Origin: an uncultured delta proteobacterium
GTDB lineage: Bacteria; Desulfobacterota; Binatia; Binatales; Binataceae
Reading direction: 5' to 3'
Assembly (NCBI GenBank): GCA_963842085.1
Contig: CAWJET010000002.1
Location: 1,504,001 to 1,568,000 of the forward strand
Length of the DNA stretch: 64,000 nucleotides
Shown here: piece by piece, positions 51,168-61,170 of the stretch
How positions within the stretch are numbered: position 1 is the stretch's first letter
How the letters are laid out: every line of letters begins with the position of its first letter
Translations under genes and position numbers: made by a program
Notes under the pieces: model-generated
Seen by the model: only the letters and a program-made list of their open reading frames with translations
Databases searched by the model: none
Told to the model about the DNA's origin: nothing

Positions 51168-52301
51168 ATGAGCGACAAAACCAGTTTCGAGGTGGTCATA
51201 ATCGGCGGCGGAATCGCCGGTGCGTCGCTGGCGTACTTTCTTGCCGAGCGTGGCATAACCGATTTCGTGATTCTCGAACGCGAGAGTCAGCCCGGCTATC
51301 ACTCGACCGGGCGCAGTGCGGCGACGCTGGTCGAGTTCGATCCCAATCCGGCCGTGCAACGCCTGAAGGCGATCGGCGGAAACTTTCTGCGCAATCCGCC
51401 CGCGGGCTTCGCAGAAAACCCGCTGCTTCAGCGTTCGCAGGTGATGTTCGTGTTCCGCGATTCGATGCTGCATGAGTTACCCGGAGTGATCGCCCGTCTC
51501 GGCACCGATGGCGTCTCCTTCGAGGTGCTTTCGCGCGCACAGGCCGTCGCCCGCGTTCCGGTTCTGGAACTGGAGGAGTCGGAACGCGCGATTCTTCTCA
51601 CCGAGGATGGGCGCATCGATGTTCATGAGTTGTTGTCGAGCTACCTGCGCCACCCGCGGCGTCGCGCCGCGCAGCTACGCACGAACTGCGAAGTTCGCGG
51701 CGTGATTATCGAGGCTGGCCGATGCCGTGGCGTCATTACCAATTCCGGCGAAGTCCGCGCGCGTTGGGTGGTCGATGCGGCGGGAGCATGGGCCGGCGAG
51801 ATCGCGAGGTTGGCGGGCGCTGCGCCAATCGCGCTCGAGCCACGCCGCCGGACTATTGTCACGTTCGAGCCGCCCGAGCCGATCGACGTCAGTAGATGGC
51901 CGTTCGTGATCAGCGAGCTGGATCAACTCTATTTCGCGCCGGAGTCGGGAGGTCTGTTACTGAGCCCGATGGACCAGGAACCCATGCGCCCGTGCGATGC
52001 GCAACCCGACGATGTGGTAATCGCGGGCGCGATCGAGCGGCTTCGCAGATTGGCGCCGCGCTTGGTTCCGCGCTCGCTAAAACGCAAATGGTCCGGGCTG
52101 CGCACGTTTTCCCCCGACTCGGTTCCGGTGGTCGGCGAGGATCCGCTTGTGCGTGGTTTCTTCTGGCTCGCCGGACAGCAAGGTTTCGGAATCGAGAGCA
52201 GCCCCGCACTAGGGCAAATCGCGGCAGATCTCATCGCACGCGGAAGCACCAGCATTTTCGATCCGCGCGCCCTCTCACCGGCGCGTTTCTCAGCCGGCTG
52301 A
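51168..52301 (+). CDS. FAD-dependent oxidoreductase, DAO family
   Basis: IIGGGIAG, HSTGRSAA, DAAGAWA, WSGLRTFSPD. Confidence 0.9.
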   Translation: MSDKTSFEVVIIGGGIAGASLAYFLAERGITDFVILERESQPGYHSTGRSAATLVEFDPNPAVQRLKAIGGNFLRNPPAGFAENPLLQRSQVMFVFRDSMLHELPGVIARLGTDGVSFEVLSRAQAVARVPVLELEESERAILLTEDGRIDVHELLSSYLRHPRRRAAQLRTNCEVRGVIIEAGRCRGVITNSGEVRARWVVDAAGAWAGEIARLAGAAPIALEPRRRTIVTFEPPEPIDVSRWPFVISELDQLYFAPESGGLLLSPMDQEPMRPCDAQPDDVVIAGAIERLRRLAPRLVPRSLKRKWSGLRTFSPDSVPVVGEDPLVRGFFWLAGQQGFGIESSPALGQIAADLIARGSTSIFDPRALSPARFSAG

Positions 52302-52442
52302 GAGATTACCCGTCGATGAGAGGCGCGCGCGACGCGCTGCGATGCTGCCGGCGACATCAAAACGCTCCTGACAAGGACAGCGAAGGATTCTCCATCAATA
52401 GGTGTGCCACGATCGCTGCCCGCGTGGTTCATTCGCTCGATG

Positions 52443-52647
52443 ACCTCGCGGCAACGGGAAGGCGTTCGGATCAGACCGGGGCCAACTCAACCAGCTGAAT
52501 GGTACGGCTGGTCCTTTTCTGGTAGTCCGCGTATGCGGGGTACATGGCAACCAGCCTTGGCCACATCTCTTGTCTTTCTTCAGGTGCGAGGGTGCGGGCA
52601 CGGTACGCGCCGCGCGCCCAGCACCGCTCTAGTGTCACCTCGGGGTT
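52443..52647 (-). repeat. Direct repeat of 44723-44927 (3' half of ddn-like gene)
   Basis: Manual alignment: 205 bp, 14 mismatches, offset 7720 bp. Confidence 0.92.
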
Positions 52648-52683
52648 TCGGGTGCAAGGTGGCAAATCTAACGCGTCGGGGTT

Positions 52684-53154
52684 ATGCCAACCAATATGAA
52701 GATTCATCGAATGGCCAATCTCGCTGTACTTTCGGTCGTTTTATCATTCGCATTCGTTGCCGCAGTGCGCGCGGACGACAAGGCGGTGCCGGGATGGGAC
52801 CCCGCTGTGTTCCGCGACGCAAGCACCATCAAGATAATGACCACCGAACCTGACGTCGGAGAGCATTGGTCAAACTTGTGGGTGGTCGTGATCGACGGGC
52901 AGCCGTACGTCCGGCTTGGCGATCGCGCATACGGACGGATTCAGAGGAACACCACCAGCCCCTACGTGAAGTTGAAGGTGGCGGACCAGGAATTCGACAA
53001 GGTGAAGGTGGAGGAGATGCCGGAGATGAAGGAAAAGGTGGCCGCCGCGATGGCCGACAAGTACTGGATGGACATCCTCATCCGACATGAATCGCATCCG
53101 ATGGTCGCCCGCCTGGTTCCAGAGGCCGCCACACCCGAGACCTCATCGCACTGA
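52684..53154 (+). CDS. Secreted split-barrel (DUF2255/nitroreductase-like) protein
   Basis: Signal peptide ending AVRA; LWVVVIDGQPYVR..AAMADKY. Confidence 0.6.
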   Translation: MPTNMKIHRMANLAVLSVVLSFAFVAAVRADDKAVPGWDPAVFRDASTIKIMTTEPDVGEHWSNLWVVVIDGQPYVRLGDRAYGRIQRNTTSPYVKLKVADQEFDKVKVEEMPEMKEKVAAAMADKYWMDILIRHESHPMVARLVPEAATPETSSH

Positions 53155-53443
53155 GTGCCGTGGGCAGCCTCTGCATTTCGGGTTCGGGCTCGAACCAGCG
53201 TTTGCCGACCATTCGGTGTTGACGCGATGTTGAGTCAAGATGCCAAAAAGGAAGCCCCTAGGATAAATGTCTTTTTCGGTGGCATCGCGCCGCGCAATGG
53301 CCCGCCGCGATCTGCGGGGCGTTGAGCGCCGGCTCAACTGGATGCTCGCAAAGCGGAGACTCGAGTCCACCGCTCAGGACGGTGTTTTCCACTCGCGTAT
53401 CGAAAAATAAATCGCCGGGCTGGATGTCGCCAGGAGGGTCGCG

Positions 53444-54937
53444 ATGGGCGAACAGCGATACGACTTCATCATTCGCGGCGCGAGCATTTTCGACGGCAGC
53501 GGCGCTCCGCCGTTCACCGGCGACGTCGCGGTGCGCGGCGATCAAATCGTTGAGGTGGGCGAAATCACCGGCGCCGCCGCTCGCGAGATCGATGCGCGCG
53601 GACTCGCCGTCGCACCAGGCTTCATCGACGTTCACAGCCACGACGATTTTGCGATCTTCATCACGCCCGAGATGGACTTCAAAACGATGCAGGGTGTCAC
53701 GACCGACGTCGTCGGCAACTGCGGGTTGGGCGCAGCACCGTTCGGTGTGAGCAGCCGAATGTTCGTCTCGATGGGCGCCGATGCGAAGACACCGACCTGG
53801 GACGGGTATCCAGGATACTTCGACGCGATCGACCGTAATCCTGCGAGCCTGAACGTCGCCGTGCTGGCCGGTCACGGCACTCTCAGGTTCGCGGCGATGG
53901 GCAATGAACAACGCGAGCCGACCGAGTCTGAAATGGCGGCGATGCGCGCGTGCCTGGTAGAGGCGCTCGACGCCGGCGCGGTCGGTCTTTCGACGGGATT
54001 GATCTACGAGCCGGGCCGCTACGCGCGCACAGAAGAGATTGTCGCGCTCGCGCGCGAGATGGCTGGTGGCCGCGGACTGTACGCCAGCCACATGCGCGAC
54101 GAGGGCGCCGGCCTACTCGATTCAGTCCGCGAGACAATTCACATCGGCGAGGCGGCCGGTGTCCCCGTGCAGATTTCGCATCACAAGGCTTCAGGCACCG
54201 ACAATTGGGGCATGGTGCGCGAGTCGATCAAACTGATCGAGCAGGCCGACGCGCGCGGCATGGACGTGACGGCGGACCAGTATCCGTACATCGCCGGCAG
54301 CACGATACTTGCCGCGGTGGTGCAGAACGGCGCACTCGGGGGTGAAGCGCGCGGCGGCATGGGGCGCGTGCCGGCCGAGAAGGTTCTCTTCGCGTCGACG
54401 CCGCGCCATCCGCAGTATGAAGGCATGACGCTGCGCCAGTTGTGCGATCTGTGGGGTATGACGGAACTGGACGCGGCCCAGCGCATCCTCGATGAAGAAG
54501 GCGCGAACGCCGTCGTCGTGACCGAGATGATGAACGAGGAAGACGTCCGCACCGTGATGCGCCATCGCTCGACGATGATCGGTTCGGATGGAATTGCGGC
54601 CGGCAGTCGGCCGCATCCGCGGCTGTACGGAACTTTTCCACGCGTGCTCGGCCACTACGCGCGCGATGGCGGCTTGATGCCGCTCCACGAAGCCATTCAC
54701 CGGATGACGGGATTTCCAGCGACCAAGTTCCGGCTCGAGGGCCGTGGCTTCCTTCGCGCCGGAAGCTTCGCCGACGTCGTGATCTTCGACCCCGCAAGCA
54801 TTATCGACACGGCGACCTACCAGGAGCCGTGCCGCTACCCCGAGGGCATCAACTATGTGTTCGTAAACGGCGTCGAAGTCGCGCGCGACGGACGTCACAC
54901 GGGCGCTCGCCCGGGCCGCGCGCTGCGCCGGGCCTGA
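53444..54937 (+). CDS. N-acyl-D-amino-acid deacylase
   Basis: APGFIDVHSHDD, GNCG, SHMRDE, ISHHK, GSDG, HPRLYGTFPR. Confidence 0.92.
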   Translation: MGEQRYDFIIRGASIFDGSGAPPFTGDVAVRGDQIVEVGEITGAAAREIDARGLAVAPGFIDVHSHDDFAIFITPEMDFKTMQGVTTDVVGNCGLGAAPFGVSSRMFVSMGADAKTPTWDGYPGYFDAIDRNPASLNVAVLAGHGTLRFAAMGNEQREPTESEMAAMRACLVEALDAGAVGLSTGLIYEPGRYARTEEIVALAREMAGGRGLYASHMRDEGAGLLDSVRETIHIGEAAGVPVQISHHKASGTDNWGMVRESIKLIEQADARGMDVTADQYPYIAGSTILAAVVQNGALGGEARGGMGRVPAEKVLFASTPRHPQYEGMTLRQLCDLWGMTELDAAQRILDEEGANAVVVTEMMNEEDVRTVMRHRSTMIGSDGIAAGSRPHPRLYGTFPRVLGHYARDGGLMPLHEAIHRMTGFPATKFRLEGRGFLRAGSFADVVIFDPASIIDTATYQEPCRYPEGINYVFVNGVEVARDGRHTGARPGRALRRA

Positions 54938-55043
54938 ACGATCACCGCAAAAATTCATGAATCCCGCTGATTTGTGATTCGCCGCGAAGCCGACTAGACA
55001 GGAATCCGGCCGCAATCGATCTCGCTCGGACGGAGGACGCACC

Positions 55044-56801
55044 ATGGCGCAGAATCGCGAGGCGGAGCCTAGGTACAAGGTCGCCATCGAAAAGAATCTG
55101 GCGATGCGCACGCGCGACGGTGTCACGCTCCGTGCCGACGTGTACCGCCCCGACGCGGCCGGAAGATTCCCGGTGCTGGTGATGCGCACGCCATACGACA
55201 AGAGCCAGCAGATGGCGATGACCGAGCGCGATTATTTTCCTCCGCGGGGCTATGTGCTGATCGTGCAAGACACGCGCGGACGCTTCAGCTCCGAGGGCGA
55301 ATTCGCGCCGTTTGTCAACGAAGCGCGCGATGGGTACGACACCATCGAATGGGCCGCGTCGCTGCCATGGTCAAACGGCAAGGTTGGCGCAGTCGGCCAG
55401 TCGTATCTGGGACTCGTGCAGTATTACGCGGCAACACTCGGGCCGCCGCATCTGGTCGCGATGTGCCCCGTGTCGGGTCCGGTCACCTACTACGAAAACT
55501 GCATCTATCGGCGCGGAGTATTCGAGCTAGGATGGATGCTCGCGTACTTTTCGTTCATGGCCGTCAACACGCTCGAGCGGAAAGGTATCTACCAAGAGTA
55601 CAAGGCACAGCTCGACAGCTACCTGTCGCATCCCGAGCTACCCCTCTCGCCGTTCACCACCGAGGCATACCGGCATCTGCCGATCGCCGATTGGGGGGAA
55701 CGCCTGGAAGCCGGAGCGCCTCACTTTGCGGACTATCTCCACCAATGGAGAGATGGGGCATTCTGGACGGCAACTGACATTCGCCCGCTCGTCCACAATG
55801 TGACCGTGCCGATGATGCATACCGGATCGTGGTACGACGCTTTCCAGTTCGACACACTCACTATGTACACCCAGATGCACAGAGACGCCCGCAGCGACAA
55901 GGCCCGCCGCGGACAGCGGCTGATCATGGGACCATGGGCACATCTGCTGCCCTACTCGGTGCCCACGTCGCGCGGCACCGGCGATATCGACTTCGGCCCG
56001 GAAGCGCAAGTCGAACTGCTCGCCGACCAGGAGCGATTCCTGCGTCATTGGTTCGAAGGCAGAGAAGATGAAATTCTTGACGAACCGCCAGTCAGAATTT
56101 TCGTGATGGGGGACAACCGATGGCGCGACGAGCGCGAATGGCCGCTCGCGCGCACTCAGTACACGAAGATATACCTGCGTGGCCGCGGTCGTGCGAACAG
56201 TCTGCGCGGCAATGGCGCACTGAAATTCGAAGCACCCGCCGACGAGCCGGCCGATCAGTACACCTATGATCCTGACAATCCAGTGCCCACGCGCGGCGGC
56301 ACGACTCTTGGCCTCGCGTCCGGAGTATTCGATCAGCGCGACGTCGAACAGCGCGATGACATTCTGGTCTATACTGGCGACGTTCTCCCTCAGGACCTCG
56401 AAGTCACCGGGCCGGTCACGATGAAGCTCCATGCGAGCTCATCGGCGCGCGACACTGATTTCACGGCGAAACTCGTTGATGTCAGGCCCGACGGCTACGC
56501 GCAAAACATCGCGGAGGGAATCGTTCGAGCGCGCTTCCGCGATTCGGCATCCAAGCCGACACTAATAGCTCCCGACAAAGTTTACGAGTACAGAATCGAT
56601 CTCTGGGCAACGAGCCACGTCTTCAAAGCGGGACATCGGCTTCGGCTCGAAGTCTCGTCGAGCAACTTTCCCCGCTACGATCGCAATCAAAACACAGGGA
56701 ATGATCTGTTCGTCGATCGCGAGCTCAAAACCGCGCGCCAGACGGTTCACCATTCGGGCCCCTACGCATCGCACATTGTGCTGCCGGTGATCCCACGATG
56801 A
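55044..56801 (+). CDS. CocE/NonD family hydrolase
   Basis: RTPYDK, QDTRGR, GQSYLG, WYD, GPWAH, SSSNFPRYDRN. Confidence 0.93.
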   Translation: MAQNREAEPRYKVAIEKNLAMRTRDGVTLRADVYRPDAAGRFPVLVMRTPYDKSQQMAMTERDYFPPRGYVLIVQDTRGRFSSEGEFAPFVNEARDGYDTIEWAASLPWSNGKVGAVGQSYLGLVQYYAATLGPPHLVAMCPVSGPVTYYENCIYRRGVFELGWMLAYFSFMAVNTLERKGIYQEYKAQLDSYLSHPELPLSPFTTEAYRHLPIADWGERLEAGAPHFADYLHQWRDGAFWTATDIRPLVHNVTVPMMHTGSWYDAFQFDTLTMYTQMHRDARSDKARRGQRLIMGPWAHLLPYSVPTSRGTGDIDFGPEAQVELLADQERFLRHWFEGREDEILDEPPVRIFVMGDNRWRDEREWPLARTQYTKIYLRGRGRANSLRGNGALKFEAPADEPADQYTYDPDNPVPTRGGTTLGLASGVFDQRDVEQRDDILVYTGDVLPQDLEVTGPVTMKLHASSSARDTDFTAKLVDVRPDGYAQNIAEGIVRARFRDSASKPTLIAPDKVYEYRIDLWATSHVFKAGHRLRLEVSSSNFPRYDRNQNTGNDLFVDRELKTARQTVHHSGPYASHIVLPVIPR

Positions 56802-56865
56802 CAGCCGCCCTCGACTACAACCGAGTTCCCAACTTCATGCGATAGGAGAACGCTCCCGATATGGT

Positions 56866-57202
56866 CTGCCCTCTGCGACGAGTGCGAGTGGACCGGCGTG
56901 TTCGGCTCCGAGCGACTGACCGGCGCGCTGCTCGATCGGCTCACCCGTCACGTCCATATCCTCGAGATGAACGGCGACAGTTTCAGGCTCAAACACAGCC
57001 AGCGTCAGATCGCTGACGATCCTCGACCGACCGAAGCCGGATAAGCACCTGCCTAGATAGTAACTCGAACACCGGGAGTTCCTCGTACGGGCGAGGGGGA
57101 AAATCCCCCTCGCTCTCCCGCTGCCGAAACTCAAACCAACCCCGGGCAGACTGATGCATTTTTACTCCGGCCTGTTGATGTACTTTTGCTCCGGCGTTGA
57201 CA
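56866..57202 (+). mobile_element. istB: IS21-family right-end remnant (istB 3' fragment + terminal repeat)
   Basis: [35 protein letters not shown], stop at 57044; internal repeats tgatgcatttttactccggc / tgatgtacttttgctccggc; ends ..GTTGACA at 57202. Confidence 0.85.
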
Positions 57203-57292
57203 CACTATTTTCGAGTTTTCCGCTGAGAGCGCGAAAATCGCGGACTGTGTGGCGGATGCCGCAGTCTGATACGAACTGCTCTCCGCATCAAA

Positions 57293-57460
57293 TTCCCTGA
57301 TCATCAGGGAAAATAGAGGGAATTTTCACGATTTTGGGTGTTCTCCGCCCGATTTACAGCCTAAAAGCCCTTGTCTTTTTTCCGGTTTTCGGTGGAATTC
57401 CCTACTCAACTGAACAGGGAATTATTTTGACGTAACAGGGAATTCGATCCGCGGAACAGG
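57293..57460. repeat. Cluster of (AAC)AGGGAA/TTCCCT motifs with perfect palindrome
   Basis: ttccctgat-c-atcagggaa at 57293-57311; aacagggaa twice and aacaggg once at 57412-57461. Confidence 0.6.
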
Positions 57461-57774
57461 GTAAGCCGTTTACCAGCATCGCCTGGGCCGCAGGCGATGC
57501 AGGTGCCAACGCTTGATGGATTCATCTTGTGCTCCTCGCTACTCGGCACTCATCAGCTTTCCAATATGCTCGTCTCCTGCTCTACTCGATCATATCGGAG
57601 GTCCCACGTTTCGCGTCGCCGAAGCGTTTGAGATCTTCTGGTTTCGGCGTTCGGACTCCGGCACCTTAAACTCGCAACCAATATGTCCACGCACAGCTTC
57701 CATCGCTCTCGCTGATCTTCATTCCACGGTGGACAATTTCCCTCACCCGATAGTTCGTCGATCCACCCGCACGA

Positions 57775-58095
57775 TTAGTGTGAACGAGTCAGAAGTACAG
57801 TCAGGATCAGGTGCAGAACGACGGCTGGCCACAAAAGTATGCCGGTCATACCGCTCGCGGAGCCGACGTATGCGAGGTACAGCGTGACGGCCGAGCTGTA
57901 GGTCAGCATCCCGACCCGCGGCGGACCCGGCCAGCAGGCGATACTTAGTGCGATGCCGGCCACGCGTGCTGCAGGTATACCAACGCCGGTCAGTCCGTCG
58001 CCGAACAACAACTGCGCAACGAGCGACAGAACGATCAGGAGCCCCAGACCAGTTACGGCCTCGCCTACAGCGGCTAGAAAAAGTCCCCTCTTCAT
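57775..58095 (-). CDS. Small membrane protein downstream of sulfatase
   Basis: Hydrophobic 106 aa; GEAVTGL, LLWPAVVLH. Confidence 0.65.
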   Translation of the reverse strand: MKRGLFLAAVGEAVTGLGLLIVLSLVAQLLFGDGLTGVGIPAARVAGIALSIACWPGPPRVGMLTYSSAVTLYLAYVGSASGMTGILLWPAVVLHLILTVLLTRSH

Positions 58096-58109
58096 TGCGT
58101 CGACACCGG

Positions 58110-59894
58110 CTAGTCTTTCGCTCGGGCGACCGCGTCTTCGATGGCCGGCATGTTCTTGCGATCCTGATCCGTGTACTGCACCGGGCCGAGATTGAAGGTC
58201 ACCTTGTCGATCTTGCCCGTGAACTTGAACGGACGATCATAACGATACTCGACGAGCGCGACCCCGGTGCGCGTATCCATCCCGACGTCGAAGTCTTCGT
58301 CCTCCGGGAACATGATGGGAGTGGTGTGATCCATATGCTTTCTGTCCACTTCCTTACCGTCCACCGACAGCACTCCTATGCCGCCCTTGCCCATGCCCGG
58401 GCCGTCGAGCTTGAAGTCGAACACGATAGTGTGTTTGCCGGCGCCCAGTTCCGGCCCTGCCCAAATCGTGCGCTTGAGATCGAGCAGGTTGTAAAGGAAT
58501 ACGACTTTGCCGTGGCGGAGTCCCAACTCGCCCTTTGAGAGGAATAAGCCGTAGCCACCGAAGCGACCGCCCTCGGTGACGATCATGCCTTCGGCGCCGC
58601 CCTCGGGAATGTCGACGTTGGCGGTGATGGTATAGTCCTTGTCCAGGATGTTCGGAGCGGTGCTGGGCGGCACGCCGCTCAATTCGCCCGAATAGGTGAA
58701 CGTGGTCCGTCCCGCAGTGGCGCTCGGGCGCGGTGTGAGGAAGCGCGCGAGGGTCGAGTTGTCGAGCGGCAGCACGTCGTACTTCTTCGCCTGCTCGTAG
58801 AACACATCCTGCAATTGCTTGAGCTTGTCCGGCATCTTGTCGGCAAGGTTGTTGTATTCCGTGACGTCTTCATTGAGGTTGTAGAGTTCCCACTTGTAAC
58901 CGGTGATCACGTCGGGCGGGGTGGCGGTGTTCAATTCCCACGGGAGACTTACCGGCGTCGTGACCGCCATCCAACCCTCCTGGTAAATGGCGCGGTTCCC
59001 GAGCATCTCGAAATATTGCGTCGTGTGCCGGGTTGGCGCATCGGCGTTCTTCTTGTCCCACGTGTACACCATGCTTACGCCTTCGATGGGGCGCTGCTTG
59101 ATGCCTTTGATCGTATCGGGAGCCGGGATGCCGGTCACCTCGAGGATCGTGGGTACGATGTCGATGACGTGAGAAAACTGACGGCGGATGCCACCGACGT
59201 CCGTGATGTGGCCGGGCCATGACATGGCCATGCCATTGGCCGTGCCGCCGCGATGCGACGCTACCTGCTTCACCCACTTGAACGGGGTATCCATCGCCCA
59301 CGCCCAGCCAGCCGCATAATGCGGAAAGGTCCGATCCGATCCCCAGAGCGGATACCAGAGAAACTGATCCTTGACCGGCACGGCGACGCCGTTGAACGTT
59401 GTGAACTCGTTCGGTGTGCCGTTGAGCATGGCCTCGGCACTCGCGCCGTTGTCGCCGCTTATATAAATGATCAAGGTGTTGTCGAGCTCACCCAGGTCGT
59501 CGACGGCTTGGATGACCCGGCCGATTTCGTGGTCGGTGTATGCGAGATACGCCCCGTAGACGTCGGCCTGTTTGATGTAGAGTTTTTTCTGCTCGAGACT
59601 CAGGGTATCCCACTCCGGCAGATCCTTCGGCCACGGCGTCAGTTTGGCATCGGCGGGCATGATGCCGAGCCGCTTCTGGTTGGCAAAGATGGTATCGCGC
59701 AATTTGTTCCAGCCGCCGTCGAACAGGTGTTGGTCGCTGATTTTCTTGATCCACTCGGGCGTCGGATGATGGGGCGCGTGAGTACCGCCCGGGACATAAT
59801 AGACGAAGAACGGCTTGTCGGGCGCGATCTCCTTGAGCTGTGTCATGTAGTGGATGGCGTCGTCAGCCATCGCGGTGGTGAGATTCCATCCGGC
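58110..59894 (-). pseudogene. Arylsulfatase, 5'-truncated
   Basis: GGTHAPHH, SGDNGAS, QYFEMLGNRAIY, FKFTGKIDKVT present; N-terminal CxPxR formylglycine motif absent. Confidence 0.85.
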
Positions 59895-59895
59895 G

Positions 59896-60024
59896 ATTAG
59901 CGTAGGAACATTCACCAAAGCACTTAACTTTTCGTCGTTGTGGCGCAACGTGGTCGCCCTTGCGGTTCTGGCTCTTATCTATTTCTTGACATCTGTGACG
60001 CTCCTGAAGAAGCAAGAGGCCTAG
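59896..60024 (+). pseudogene. 3' remnant of RbbA/YhiH-like ABC protein
   Basis: ISVGTFTKALNFSSLWRNVVALAVLALIYFLTSVTLLKKQEA*, directly before a yhhJ-like gene. Confidence 0.7.
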
Positions 60025-60027
60025 GCG

Positions 60028-61155
60028 ATGCGGCATCTCCGGCATATCGGCCAGCTTGGAATCAAGGAGTTGCTCAGTCTCACCCGCGACCCGCTATTAC
60101 TATTTCTCATCGTCTACTCGTTCACGTTCTCCGTTTATACACCGGCGAAAAGCGCAGTTATGGATGTGGTAAACGCTTCGGTTGCGGTAGTGGATGAAGA
60201 TCATTCGACAGTATCCCGCCAGATAAGGGATTCGTTGCTGCCGCCCTTATTTCTCCCCGCAGCGGTCATACCGTTCGGCGAAATCAATCGCGTGATGGAC
60301 GAAGGCAAATACACATTTGTGATTGACATTCCGCCCAAGTTTCAGCACGACCTCACGAAAGGCGCCACACCCACGATTGAGGTTATTACTGACGCGACCG
60401 CAATGAGCCAGGCAGGCAGAGGTCCGTCATATATTCAGAAAATCATCACTAAGGAAGTTGAGCCTTTCTGGGCTGGCAGATCAAATTCAGCAAATCGAGA
60501 GCTGGTTAAGCTTGTCACGCGGGCGCGCTTTAACCCGAACATGCAACAGAGTTGGTTCGTGGCGATCAACCAGATCATAAACAACATCTCCGTGCTTGCG
60601 ATCTTTTTGACCGGCGCCGCCGTCCTGCGTGAACGCGAGCACGGAACGATCGAGCATCTGCTTGTCATGCCATTGAGTCCCTATGAGCTGATGTTCGCCA
60701 AGATTTGGGCGAATGGCCTGGTAGTGGTGGTCGCTGCCATGCTGTCGCTGTTCATTGTTGTGAAGCTGGCAATCGGGGTTCCGATCGCCGGCTCGATTCC
60801 ACTCTTTCTTGGAGGCCTAATCATATATCTGTTCTCCGTAACCGCCCTCGGCATCATGCTAGCGACTCTGGTCCGTTCGATGCCCCAATTCGGTCTGCTG
60901 GCGTTCCCGGTATTTATCGTCATGAGCCTGCTCTCAGGCGGCCAGACGCCTGTGGAGAGCATGCCTGTTTTGCTCCAGAAGATTATGACATTTGTGCCGT
61001 CGACACATTTCGTCAGCTTCTCGCAGGCGGTGCTGTTCAGGAACGCGACGCCGGCAATGGTGTGGCCGGATATGACGAAGATGTTTCTGATCGGTGCCGC
61101 ATATACTGCGTTCACCCTTTCAAGGTTCCGCAAAATGCTTGCGGCAATTCAATAG
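60028..61155 (+). CDS. ABC-2 transporter permease (YhhJ-like)
   Basis: LGIKEL, REREHGTIEHLLVMP, LLSGGQTPVESMP. Confidence 0.92.
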   Translation: MRHLRHIGQLGIKELLSLTRDPLLLFLIVYSFTFSVYTPAKSAVMDVVNASVAVVDEDHSTVSRQIRDSLLPPLFLPAAVIPFGEINRVMDEGKYTFVIDIPPKFQHDLTKGATPTIEVITDATAMSQAGRGPSYIQKIITKEVEPFWAGRSNSANRELVKLVTRARFNPNMQQSWFVAINQIINNISVLAIFLTGAAVLREREHGTIEHLLVMPLSPYELMFAKIWANGLVVVVAAMLSLFIVVKLAIGVPIAGSIPLFLGGLIIYLFSVTALGIMLATLVRSMPQFGLLAFPVFIVMSLLSGGQTPVESMPVLLQKIMTFVPSTHFVSFSQAVLFRNATPAMVWPDMTKMFLIGAAYTAFTLSRFRKMLAAIQ

Positions 61156-61170
61156 GAGTCGCTGGCGAGA

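Noticed and set aside
57245-57290. GTGGCGGA..CGAAC as a reverse-strand tRNA
   Set aside because: No cloverleaf or intact T-loop can be built
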